A stretch of DNA of 60,345 nucleotides, filler included, from Catajapyx aquilonaris (lineage: Eukaryota): the NCBI GenBank assembly GCA_000934665.2. It is 3 parts of 3 records of this genome, joined end to end, with 100 filler letters (N's around TTAATTAATTAA, not from the genome) between each part and the next. Parts side by side here need not be neighbours in the genome. Positions count along the whole stretch, not along the records: positions 1 to 19,489 come from JYFJ02006461.1; positions 19,590 to 40,816 come from JYFJ02006462.1; 1 more part is not named here. The stretch is one strand, 5' to 3'. This document shows, piece by piece, positions 11,791 through 22,880 of this stretch; position 1 is the first letter of the stretch; each line of letters opens with the position of its first letter. The notes under the pieces were generated by a model, which was not told the origin of the DNA, did no database searches, and saw nothing but the letters and a program-made list of their open reading frames with translations. A program made the position numbers and the translations under genes.

Positions 11791-13016
11791 CTTCGTTTAT
11801 AATACGAAACATGATACACCATTTATCCCGGAGTTGATTCTGCATTGTTGAATAACTAGTTTCACTCTTATTTTGCCACTAACACATGGTATACTCTATT
11901 ATGTTAATGAAAAATAATTGTGTCACTCTTGTGATTTAGAAAATTTCATCACAAACAGAGTGATGGACCGTACCAGCCTGAAACTATGATCTAACATAAA
12001 TTGACATTTCGGATCATGACAATGTTACACGACTACGAACGTAATCAATTTAAATCGCAGAATAAAAATTACAGATTTTCAATAATTTAAATTAAAAAAA
12101 AACAGAGAACACGGGAATCCCGCCCCCGAGCTGTCCAGCTCTGAACAACATAATATTGAATGAAGACGTCACGAGACCCCCTGACGTTTTTCATGATCAC
12201 GCTATCCTTGGGCCCAACATAAAACACATAAAAAATTATGCAACATCTCTTTATCGAAGATTTTTTTGAACACAATCATGTGGAACTTGTATGACCGGCT
12301 TAATCATGCAGGTGTATAAAGGCTGGCTTTTCAGAAGTAAACGATTGATTCCAGATTAACACTGAAGTAGGCTAGTATCATGGATCTGAGCAACGTAATT
12401 AGCACCATGGGGTCTTTTGTGACCTCAGGTGGTATTTTAATTATAGTTTACCTGCGATTCATGTGATTAAATTTTAGATGCCATTAAAAATACATTCATA
12501 TAAATCTTAATCAATCAGACTGATCGAAGACGTGATTATGTATTTAAAACTGTGCAAACATAATTCAATGTGTCTAATAGATAGCTCAGCAATAACCTGC
12601 ACCGTTAAAATTTTTCTGATATACCTACTACAGTATATTGTAGAAGGTCTCGAATGACGAACATAATTATGCCGTCTACATAAAATGACCATCAATTAAT
12701 ATTTTGTTGTGTGTTGTTTGTCTGTTAATATTTTGTTTTGTTGTTGCAATGCAACATAATTATGTCCTCTACATAAAATGACCCTCAATTCATATTTTCA
12801 TCAAAGTGGTCTCCTGTGCAGGTGTCTTAATATATTTATATCTCCTTATGGCGTGTTTGCCATTGGTGCATGGCATGGTATCTGTTATGGTAAAAATATA
12901 GTTACAACTTGAAAGGTTTGTGAGCAGAGGAAGATGCAATGGTCTTATGAATGAAAGACTAGAAGAGGCTCATATGAAGACATATTAAATGTAAGAGTAA
13001 TGAGGAATCCAAACGC

Positions 13017-13251
13017 AACTAGGATCACGGGGTCTTTTTTGATCCCAGACGCACCCTGCCGTGATTATTATAGCTGTTCTTAGGGCCCACAATGATTTCT
13101 TTCAAAATTTCCAGAGACATTAACGCATCTAGGCAAAGATATATTTGAGGAATATACACAAATGCGTTTGGCTTTTAATTAATCAGCAACTTGACACTGT
13201 TAATTTACGTAAGATTGGGATCAAAACAGACCACGTGATACTAGTTAAGGG
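13017..13251. mobile_element. piggyBac-like MITE remnant
   Basis: Right end ...gatactagttaaggg followed by TTAA; inverted partner aactaggatcacggggtctttttgatccca at 13017; extreme left end is degenerate. Confidence 0.5.
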
Positions 13252-14769
13252 TTAATGAATATACTAGCATTCATGTAAGATTTAATTTGTTGTTGTTTCC
13301 AACTAGGAATTCATTTCTCATCATTTGTATAGCTTATGTTCATTGTTGTGTTAGTGAAGTAGCAGCATATTTCCCAATAGTTTTTATTTGACTTCTGGGC
13401 GTTGTGTGCCATTTTCGAAATTTAATATTCCACCCCTACACATAAGTGACAAGTATGTTCAAGTGACATATTTTAGTCTCATTAAGTCAATGATAACCGG
13501 TATACAAATGTAAATTAGTTGAACATAATTATTAATATCGTTGTAATATTTTCCTATGTGTATACGGCTTGTACTTTTTTCATATTAAAAAAAATTCTTA
13601 TGCTAATTTATTATAATTTACTTTAAGGGCGTCATACACTCCAGGTCATGATTGTTTAACTAACAAAATAAGCTTTTCTAAACAGGATAGGGCATTACAT
13701 AGTCCGAGAGGACCTTTTCATACGATAACATAAAATCTACAAACGATGATTGCTCTGTGAGTCGAAATTGCAAAATTCAAATATCTGTACAAGGTGCAAA
13801 GGAATGTATGTAGTAGAAAACCTGTGAGTATCGCAGTCTGAATAAAGGTTGAAATAATTTGTATGATCATCTTCCAACTAAACTTAGTATATCGACTTTT
13901 TTTCTACAGTACGTTCATAATGTGGTGAACCAAATGCATCAGCTGTTTGTAATGGGGACAAAAACTTGCAGTTCTTCCTCTCGTAGTTAGGTAATCTCGC
14001 TGACAAGTAATTAATTGCTGTATTACGTAACAGGGCATTTATGGGGGAGGGGGGAAGTCTTTATATAGATCAATAAATAAAATGTTATCATATTCTTACG
14101 ACTAACTACCAACCAAATGAGACTCATATTGTACAATAAGACATCAAGAATTACCAGGTTAATAGTTTTCAGAGTGATCGTAAATATATTCATCAATACT
14201 TTCCTCTTGAGGGGGATGCTGTGAAGTTCACTTCTTTGTATAACAACCCTCGTGCACACTAATGGGCTTTCTTTCCCTTCATATGAGATAATACGGTAGT
14301 ATAATTATACTGTATACAGCATAGCAGTATAGTACAGTATCTAATTGCTGTCATTCACCAGAAGTGAGCATTTCTTGTGCATTAAATTCGAGCGTACAAC
14401 CTTCCTGCAATGGTCTGATGCTTAATATGGCGCCAATTCAATGGACTACTGATGTAACATTGCCTGTCTGAAGTGAGTTATTTCCAGGTATAATTATTAT
14501 CAATACAGATGGCTATATCTTCGTACAACAATACAATATCGCCCTCTAGTAAGAGCTTCATAAAAGCGTTTTCGCAAAAACCGGTTAACCTTGCAACATT
14601 TTTTTTTGCTTCTCGTGAAACTGACATCACACGTTACTCAATGTTAACATCCTGTAAGTGGGCACCACGTGGGCCCAATCAAAGTCAGTGATTTACCGAG
14701 TCATACATGTAACATGCAAGGCCCACTGTAATTGCCAAAATCATATTATGCCATTCGGGTCATACACAC

Positions 14770-15249
14770 CCCACCAAAAACCTTTCTGTAAAAAAGGCCA
14801 AGTTCTCCTGACTGCTTGGCCGTCAAAAGTGGTGAGATCTGAAATACGGCCAAGTTCAACGTTGTCAATTACTGGCATTGTCAACTTCTTCAACCTAAAC
14901 CACTAACTTTATTTTTCCAGGTCGACCTTAAGTTTAATCATCAAAAAATTTAATGTCACTTCTCCTGATGTCACTTAGCCATTGCTCTTAAAACATTGAA
15001 ACAGTTGTAGAATTCAACAATACCTCGGATATGAGCAATGGCCAAGTTACAGCAAGAGAAATTCCATTAAAATTTTTTGATGATTAAACTTAAGGTCGAC
15101 CTGGAAAAACAAAGTTAGTGGTTTAGGTTGAAGAAGTTGACAATGCCAGTAATTGACAACGACGTTGAACTTGGCTGTGATCTCACCACTTTTGACGGCC
15201 AAGCAGTCAGGAGAACTTGGCCTTTTTTTACAGAAAGGTTTTTGGTGGG
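14770..15249. repeat. Long inverted duplication (~185-bp arms, ~110-bp spacer)
   Basis: 14770-14955 is the near-identical reverse complement of 15065-15249. Confidence 0.9.
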
Positions 15250-15353
15250 ATCTCACCTCTTTTTGTAGGCAGGAGTGTAGGATAATTATAAGAAACCTCG
15301 GGGAGCCCCCTACGGTTGGGCGTGGAAGCAAGGGTCCGTTAAATATTCCAAAT

Positions 15354-15425
15354 TTTTATGTCATGCAGGCTGTGGTAGACTGCCATTGCAATTTCATGGA
15401 TGTTGTAATTGGCTGGCCTGGGAGC
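15354..15425 (+). mobile_element. Harbinger/HARBI1-type (DDE_Tnp_4) transposase fragment
   Basis: FYVMQAVVDCHCNFMDVVIGWPGS matches the conserved Q-A-V-x-D...F-x-D-V-x-x-G-W-P-G-S block of Harbinger transposases. Confidence 0.75.
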
Positions 15426-17853
15426 AGATGATGAAAGCGAAGTGGAAGCAGAAGCAGATGATGAAAGCGAAGTGGAAGCAGAATCTCTCGTCCAAGAAGA
15501 TGAATATGAAGGAGACCGTCATTTGTCAGGAGATGAACATGAAGGTGGTAGTAATAACACATGGGAAAATGATGAAAGTCCTCAATTCAAGGAGAAGCTT
15601 AATGGGGGTTCATTGACTGTGGGTGATGGCATTGTGCTTATGCAGGTGTTTTCCCTAAGACACAGCCTGACAGAAACAGCGCAAGTTGACATGTCGAAGC
15701 TGTTGAATTTGATTTTAGGGAAAAAGGTGTTCCCTGAATCCAAATTTATGTGCAAGAAGATTTTCCATAGCCATGTTAATACCATTAAGTACCACTATTA
15801 CTGCATTTCTTGCCAGCAACTGCTGGAAGGTCATTTTGAAGCCAATGTTCCCCAGCAGGTTGTGTGTGGCAATGACAAATGTTTAGTGGTGAACACTGTT
15901 GGAAAAAACTGTTATGGAACTCCCAACTACTTTGTGCAACTCTCTGTGAAGGAGCAGCTACAGGAACTCATGGCAACACATGGCCAAATTATAATGACTG
16001 GGAATGTACATGATGGGGATGAAAATCTGGCAGGTTTTCATAGTGGGAAAATGTATCGTGATTTTTTGGAAGTACAATCCCAGTCCACTACAGGTGTCAG
16101 CCATGTAACCCTAACCATGAATATCGATTGTGCACCAGTGTTTAAATCACGGAAAATGTCCATTCACCCAATTCAGCTTGCTGTAAATGAATTGCATGGG
16201 AATGAGAAGTCGAACAACATAATTCTAGCAGGTTTGTGGTGTGGGCCGACAGACCCAAAAATTTCCTTGTTCTTTCAGCCTTTTGTAGAGGAGATGAAGG
16301 AATTGGCTGGGAATGGTTTCAAGTGGGAATTACATGGGAGGAAAATGAGGACTCAGGCCTTTATTCTTTGCTGTGTCACAGATTCTAAAGCAAGGTCACA
16401 GGTTTTGAATTGCAAGCAATTCAATGGGTATCATGGTTGTCCCTGGTGCTTTCACAAAGGCAGTGGAGTCACTGGGCAGCAAAGCGAATAGATAGCCATT
16501 AAATATCCATTTGTTGGGTACAGCAAGGAAAAGACATATTTGGAATACCGTATAGGAACCTTGCTCTGAAAGCTGCTGACACAGGTGTACCTCAGCAAGG
16601 TATTAAAGGGCCCACCATGCTGGCCTTGCTTCCCCACATGATACTGCCATTTTCATGCCCCCCAGACTACATGCACTGTGTGCTTCTAGGTGTCACCAAG
16701 TTTATGGTGGAATTATGGTTCGATTCTGAATCAGGTAAAGTGGAATATGTCATTCCAAAGTCTAAAAGAGAAGTGGCAGACAGTAGGCTTTTGAATATGC
16801 GGGTTCCCAGGGAATTGCAGCGTCAACCACGCTCACTAGAGGAGAGGAGCCATTGGAAGGCCACAGAATGGTACCATTGGCTTCTCTACTATGCTGTCCC
16901 ATGCCTCCACGACAATCTGCCACACACTTATTTTGTGCACTTTCTGTTCTTGGTGAGAGCAATTTTTTTATTGGTGCAGGACATTGTCACTCAAGCAAAC
17001 CTGCAAGAAGCTGAGAACCATTTGTTCCACTTTGTACAGCGGTTTGAGCAATTGTACGGGATCAGTAACATGAGGTTTAACGTTCACATCCTACTTCATC
17101 TCTCACGAGCTGTCCAATTTTATGGCCCCCTCTGGGTTTTCTCAGCTTTTGCATTTGAGACCAATAACGGTGTATTGTTGAAGTACGTGAAGGGTACAAA
17201 GAGTGTTACCCCACAAATTGTGACAAGATTTCTAACAAAAATGTCCCTACCTGTCATGGCAAAAACTTATGGAATCCCAAGTGACTTTTTGGCAACTTTC
17301 TCAACACAGCACACTCCCGTGATGGATAGGGAACTGACAAATGGGTCAGTATTTGGCTCCTGCAAAAGGATTAAAATGAGTGATGTAGCTGATGACAGGC
17401 TGCAGGCTGCAACACAGGAAGTTTTGGGTCATGATTATGGTGTTTTCACAACCTATCCTGGTGCTAAAGTTAGGGGCCATACCTACCACCCAACAAGTTA
17501 CACTCGTTCACAAAGGTGCTGTGATGCTATTGTCCAATATTCAGGAGAGGAGATTGGTGAAATTATCGTACATTCTATCAAAAGCTGGTGACGATGGCAA
17601 TAAGGGGAAAGGTTATTTTTTGCTGAAAAAGTTTCACACACTGATGAATAACTCAATAAGTGGCATGCCCGAAGCTCATGCTCTGATCAATGTGCTCAAT
17701 GAAAGTGGGTGCATGCATCATGTGAAGGTGGTGGTTGGGAGTGGGGTGGGATATGTAGCAGTCCCTTTTGAAAATGTTCGAAAATGCATTAGTGGCAAGC
17801 CATATTGCAATTCCTTGTTATCTATTGTTTCACCAATGATGAATAAATATTAG
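15409..17853 (+). mobile_element. CACTA/EnSpm (CMC superfamily) transposase, inactivated
   Basis: Motifs YYCISC, NIDCAPVFKS, ILAGLW, DSKAR..LNCKQFNGYHGCPWC, DYMHCVLLG, PRSL..WKATEW..WLLYY, NVHILLHL..YGPLWVFSAFAFE. In-frame TAG at 16489-16491 and frameshifts near 16550 and 17570. No TIRs identified. Confidence 0.9.
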
Positions 17854-17875
17854 GTAATTACCGAATATTTATTCA

Positions 17876-18437
17876 TCTAATATATATAAAGCCCCAATCC
17901 GACGAGGAGGAGCAGGATGAAAAAGATTTCGCACTTCCCGGCGTCGCACAGACGTCGGACTTACGCCGTTGGATTCCTTGCACCCGGTTTACATTGTCCA
18001 AAAATCCTCAAAACCGCGAATTTCCCTGCCGTTTTCGAGATCGCCAAATTAAATGTAGACGCAAACCCGAGATCGCGAAATTAATGTATACCGCCAACTC
18101 CCCCGGTTCCCCGAGCGGCCTTGCCCGCAGATGGTCGTAAAGAAGGAGAACAATGGCCCACCCCCACCCTTCCACCCCCTGGGATCTTTACACTACTCAA
18201 ACCTGCCGTGAGAATCGTACGTCACAGATGGTCCCACTTTGTCATCCCAAGCGCTGTTTTGAACGATACGTCACAGAGGGCACGTTCGGAAACTCCTCAT
18301 CGCTACCGGTGACGTCACTGATTTCTGTAACCGGATGGATTAGGCGGAACACGGGCATAGCGCCGAAGGCGCGCCAATTGGGGCGCAGCCCCGAGGGGGG
18401 GTGTGGGGGGCGGAGCCCCCCCGCCTCGCAAAGCGAG
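17876..18437 (+). mobile_element. Non-autonomous Helitron-like element, copy A
   Basis: Begins TCTAATATATATAAAG after an A; ends in a GC-rich hairpin run ..ctcgcaaagcgag; no TSD. Confidence 0.7.
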
Positions 18438-18963
18438 TCTAATATATATAAAGCCCCACGCCGAGGATATAGGATATAGGATATAGGATATAGGATATAG
18501 GACGGAAAAGATTTCGCACTTCCCGAGGTCGTAGAGCTGTGGTCGAAATTCCGTTGGATTCCTTGCGGTCGATATACATTGTCGAAAAATCCTCAAAATG
18601 CCAAAATTCCCAGCCGTTTTCGAGATGGCAAAAAGTAGACTTTTGCCCACTCCACAAGGAACATCTGTTTGTCGTTAAGCCGGGAAAGAACAATGGCCCA
18701 TTCACCCTCATCTCCGGAGACCTCTCAGCTCACATATGGTTACACCCCCTCCCCCTGGCCCCCACCCCACTTTTCCTTTTTTCAGCTTATACGTCAGCTA
18801 GGGCGCATTCTCATACAGTCATACCTTTGTGGACCGTGACGTCACGGGTTCTGTAAACGGATGGATTAGGCGGAACACGGGCACCGCGCCGAAGGCGCGT
18901 ACGTGGGGCGCAGCCCCACGGGGGGGTGTGGGGGGGCGGAGCCCCCCCACCTCGCAAAGCGAG
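18438..18963 (+). mobile_element. Non-autonomous Helitron-like element, copy B (head-to-tail with A)
   Basis: Same 5' TCTAATATATATAAAGCCCC and 3' hairpins; (aggatat)n microsatellite at ~18464-18503; followed by T. Confidence 0.7.
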
Positions 18964-18973
18964 TCATTGGTCA

Positions 18974-19027
18974 ATATATAGCTGTGCTGAATACAACTTA
19001 TAAGTTGTATTCAGCACAGCTATATAT
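18974..19027. repeat. Perfect 54-bp palindrome
   Basis: atatatagctgtgctgaatacaactta|taagttgtattcagcacagctatatat, no spacer. Confidence 0.95.
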
Positions 19028-19171
19028 ATTGCATCATTGAAGTTTATATTGACAAAAGTTGATGATCCATATTTTGAAAATGCTAGATAATATATTAGTG
19101 GTAAGCCAATAAGTACGTTGAAAATCTTTTGTTATCAGATGTTGTCTCACCCCCCTTACCGAAATTTTCTC

Positions 19172-19470
19172 TACCTCGCGGCGAGGTCGCCAGACGAGCT
19201 TATGGCCACCCAACCGCATACTAGCGGTTGTTTCATTTCGCTATGTCGCGGGCGAAGTCGCGGCGAGGTGGCGGTGGCGAGGTAGTCGCGAGGTATACCC
19301 ACCTCGCCACCCGAGGTAGTCGCGAGGTACCCACCTCGCGACCACCTCGCCAGCCAAGGTAGTCGCGAGGTACCCACCTCGCCAGCCAAGGTAGTCGCGA
19401 GGTACCCACCTCGCGACCACCTCGCCAGCCAAGGTAGTCGCGAGGTACCCCCCTCGCGACCACCTCGCCA
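19172..19470. repeat. GC-rich minisatellite built from acctcgc/gcgaggt units (possible transposon subterminal repeats)
   Basis: Repeated cgccagccaaggtagtcgcgaggtacccacctcgcgaccacct; runs almost to the assembly gap. Confidence 0.8.
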
Positions 19471-19489
19471 CTATATTGATATTATACAG

Positions 19490-19589
19490 NNNNNNNNNNN
19501 NNNNNNNNNNNNNNNNNNNNNNNNNNNNNNNNNTTAATTAATTAANNNNNNNNNNNNNNNNNNNNNNNNNNNNNNNNNNNNNNNNNNNN
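19490..19589. other. Assembly spacer (44 N + TTAATTAATTAA + 44 N)
   Basis: Six-frame stop linker within Ns; identical structure at 40817-40916. Confidence 0.98.
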
Positions 19590-22369
19590 TAAAATTTAAT
19601 ATCCCCGGTTGGTTTGTACAAGAGAAAACTGATTAATTGGAAATTCTCTACACTTTGTAAATTGTGATTAAACTGTACTCATCCCTTGAATGCCGTTCCC
19701 ACGATGTAACATGTGTAAGTACTTTCGCCTCGGGACACTTTTCCCCTAGGCTAAATTACAGTATTATTTATACAATAAGTTCTTACAGTGCAGTAAAAAT
19801 GGTAAGTTTGTATACTGTGTTTCAGGTAATGAATATGTGATAAGACAAGGCAATTAAACTTTACATTGCGGTATGTTTTTGGAAAATAACTTACCACAGA
19901 AAATATGTATATTTAGCGAAAATATTGACCCACATACGGTCATTAAAGAGATTAATCGTATATTCTAAAATTGGTCAATGAAGCATATTCTCAGTAAGGG
20001 TACATGCATAATTGTCACACAATTTTTTGCTTCGTTCTGACGGATAATTTCAAATAAGGTCTACTTCTGTCGTAAACAACAGATCCTATAATTAAGTGAG
20101 ACGATTTGAGCGATTTTCAGAGAAGTGTCACATGCATTCTCTGATTACTGCACGGGCTGTACGCAGTAAACAACTGCAATTACAGCTCGCTTACACTGTT
20201 TATGTCACGGTGCATGCCATGAACTGTATCATCCTCAATAGTTCATGTACCTCTCACGCTCCCCTGCACATCCCCCGTGCATTCATCTTGTTCGAATCCA
20301 AATCGATACGGCATACGTGACGGACATGTGTGCAACATGTGTGTATGCATGCCTGATCACAACGCAGCAATCCATGGATTACCCCTTAGGCAAAAACAAA
20401 TTCCACAACCAGGAAGCATCATCCTGGTGGCGGTCGCACCTGTTTTGGTACATGTGTGCAGGCATCGCATTGATGGGATGCAACAGTCTGATGTGCACCA
20501 AATGGCCCGGATAACGCCCGGAAAAAACTTTTCCGGGCTCCTGACTTCAATCTGCTCCAGGCATAAACCGATTCGACATCATGTTAGTAAGAATTTTGGG
20601 ATGCGATGGCAGTCATGATGGAGATTGTCTAAGGCCAAGGTAGAACGTATATATGCGATTATCGGATATGGCCTGAAGTATTATAACATCCTATACAGTG
20701 AAAGCTAACCTTACATATGGGCTCTCTATGAAGCACGGAAGTAGCCTCGGACTAATAGAAATGATTCATAAAGGGATCAAAGAGTGGGTGTCATGAGTTT
20801 CTGAAGCCTATTTTCTGCCTCAAAAAACATTTCGAGTGCAGCGTTTTTCGCTCTGAGGCATGTCAACTTATTTTTAGACCACACTGTACTGTCCGCTGAC
20901 CGAAATATTTGCTTTAAATTAGCAGTGCATCTGCGCTAGTATGGTTCATTAGGGTTAGAATATCAGAGCGGACCTGATGCAACTGCATGACTTACAGTGT
21001 CAACAAAGCATCATACATGTTGATAATTAATATATTTTCTATTTCAAAATATTAGTTTCTTACATTGTATATAGGTGACATGTTTAGTTCGTTGATGTCA
21101 ATGTCCACAGTCTAACAATGAAGTTATGGTGGACAGTTCCCCTGCCAATGAATATTCAGTTTTGATGCGTAGAAGCAGGGCGCGTGATGCAAATTCGGTC
21201 TATGCTGTCACCGGCAGAAAATTGATCCAACGGAAGTTCCTTTACCAGACGAGCCCTGCAAGTGAGGCGTTATTTGAATGAGCCATCACCACCCCTCTCC
21301 TCCCCACCCTCCAATACCACCCTGAAACTATCAATGGCGATCCAATTAAGCGATGTTTACGAAGCTACAAAAGGCATGGCTTCCTCCCCCCCCCACCCCC
21401 CTCCAACCTTTTATATTGAAACTTTTGGGCTGACTTTTCCGCTAGATCAACCTATAGACATTTCGAATATATTATGACAATCGAGTTTTTATCCGGACTG
21501 ACAGGGATTGTAAAGAAGGCGCTTGCAGGGTGCTGTCAGTTTAAGGCCAAAAGAGTTGCAGGCTCCGTGTGTTAATGCGAATTGATTTCGGCAAAGCTCG
21601 TTTCCTGTGCTAATCTGAACCTCCGCCATTTTCTCAAGCGTGGCTCAGAATCGCCAAGGTTGCTTGAAACTTTAAAATCAGCTGCCAAAATTTGTTCACA
21701 CTTTTAAACTTACACTACACTGCTCACACGTCAGTAATGAAAATTAATTTACAAGAATGTAGTGTTTATTCGTTACACTTTAAGCCCAACAACCCCCCTT
21801 TATACGTAAAAACTATATTTAACAGCCATTTTTAATGCCACATACTGTGTCTGCACAATTTGTGCCGATTTATGAGAGCGTTAACCGTCGGTATGCACCA
21901 CAAATAGCTACTTATCTGCAGATATCACCTTATCTTCAGTCATTAACGCCCACAAAAACGAGCCTCTTCAATAGATGGCACTGACCATCTAATGGTCAGC
22001 CACCCTGAATCTAACAGCATGCCAGGCGATTTTAACTGGCAATATTTGAGTTATGCTGTTTTTTAACTTGCGATTCAACACCTCCCTTTAATGGGTCTCA
22101 TAGTGTGAAGGCAAGCCCGCACACACCTCGCAGCAATTAGAAACTTCGGTGGCGTCCTCGAACTCGTTGGAACATGCCAACACTTGCCCCGCCTTATCTC
22201 AGCCGAAACAATAAAGCCCCAGAAACCACCCCAGCCCTTTACTCGAATGCGAAATTTAAATGAAACGGGCTTCCAAAGGACTGCTTCCAAACTTTCGCAA
22301 ACGACGTTTGACTAGTTCAGAATTACGTTTGATTCGCAGCAGAGGTGGCATAAAGGTAGTAACAAACGC

Positions 22370-22880
22370 ATGGTAAGTGGCGCCTCAGTATGAAGTCGCA
22401 CGAACTATAAACTTTATAGTTCGACAAGTTCGTACGACTTCATAGTGTGGCGCCACTTACCGTACTTTCGTATAGGCCATGATCTTAGAATACGAGGGTC
22501 TGGACACTCCCTCTTATCGCCTGCCGGGGCGTTTTGCATCGGGTGCTCACTTGAGAGCGCCATGAGACAGCTTTTCTCTGCTCAATTATGTGGCGACCCT
22601 ACCGGACTACGCTGAACCAAGGTAGAAGAGAAGCCGCTACATGCGGACCCAACATGGCCGCCGGCGACCATGTTGAGTCCCCCAATGTAGCGCTTCCCTT
22701 TTGTACCTATAAAGTTCAGCGTAGTCCTAAAAGAGCGGTGAAAGGTCTCATGGCGCTCTCAGGCGATCACCTCCTGCAAAAAGCCCCGGCTTGGCGATAA
22801 GATAAGATTGTAGGGGAAGTGCCCGGGGGCTGGTATAGACTAAAGTATGGTAAGTGGCGCTGCGGTATGAAGTTGTATTA
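22370..22880. mobile_element. Foldback/MITE-like element with long degenerate inverted arms
   Basis: Arms ~22433-22583 and ~22732-22877 (ggcgccacttacc / ggtaagtggcgc; gagagcgccatgagac / gtctcatggcgctctc), plus an extra terminal copy at 22371-22405. Confidence 0.6.

Noticed and set aside
19233..19471. CRISPR-like array or repetitive ORFs
   Set aside because: The units abut without unique spacers, there are no cas genes, and the context is eukaryotic; it is a minisatellite.
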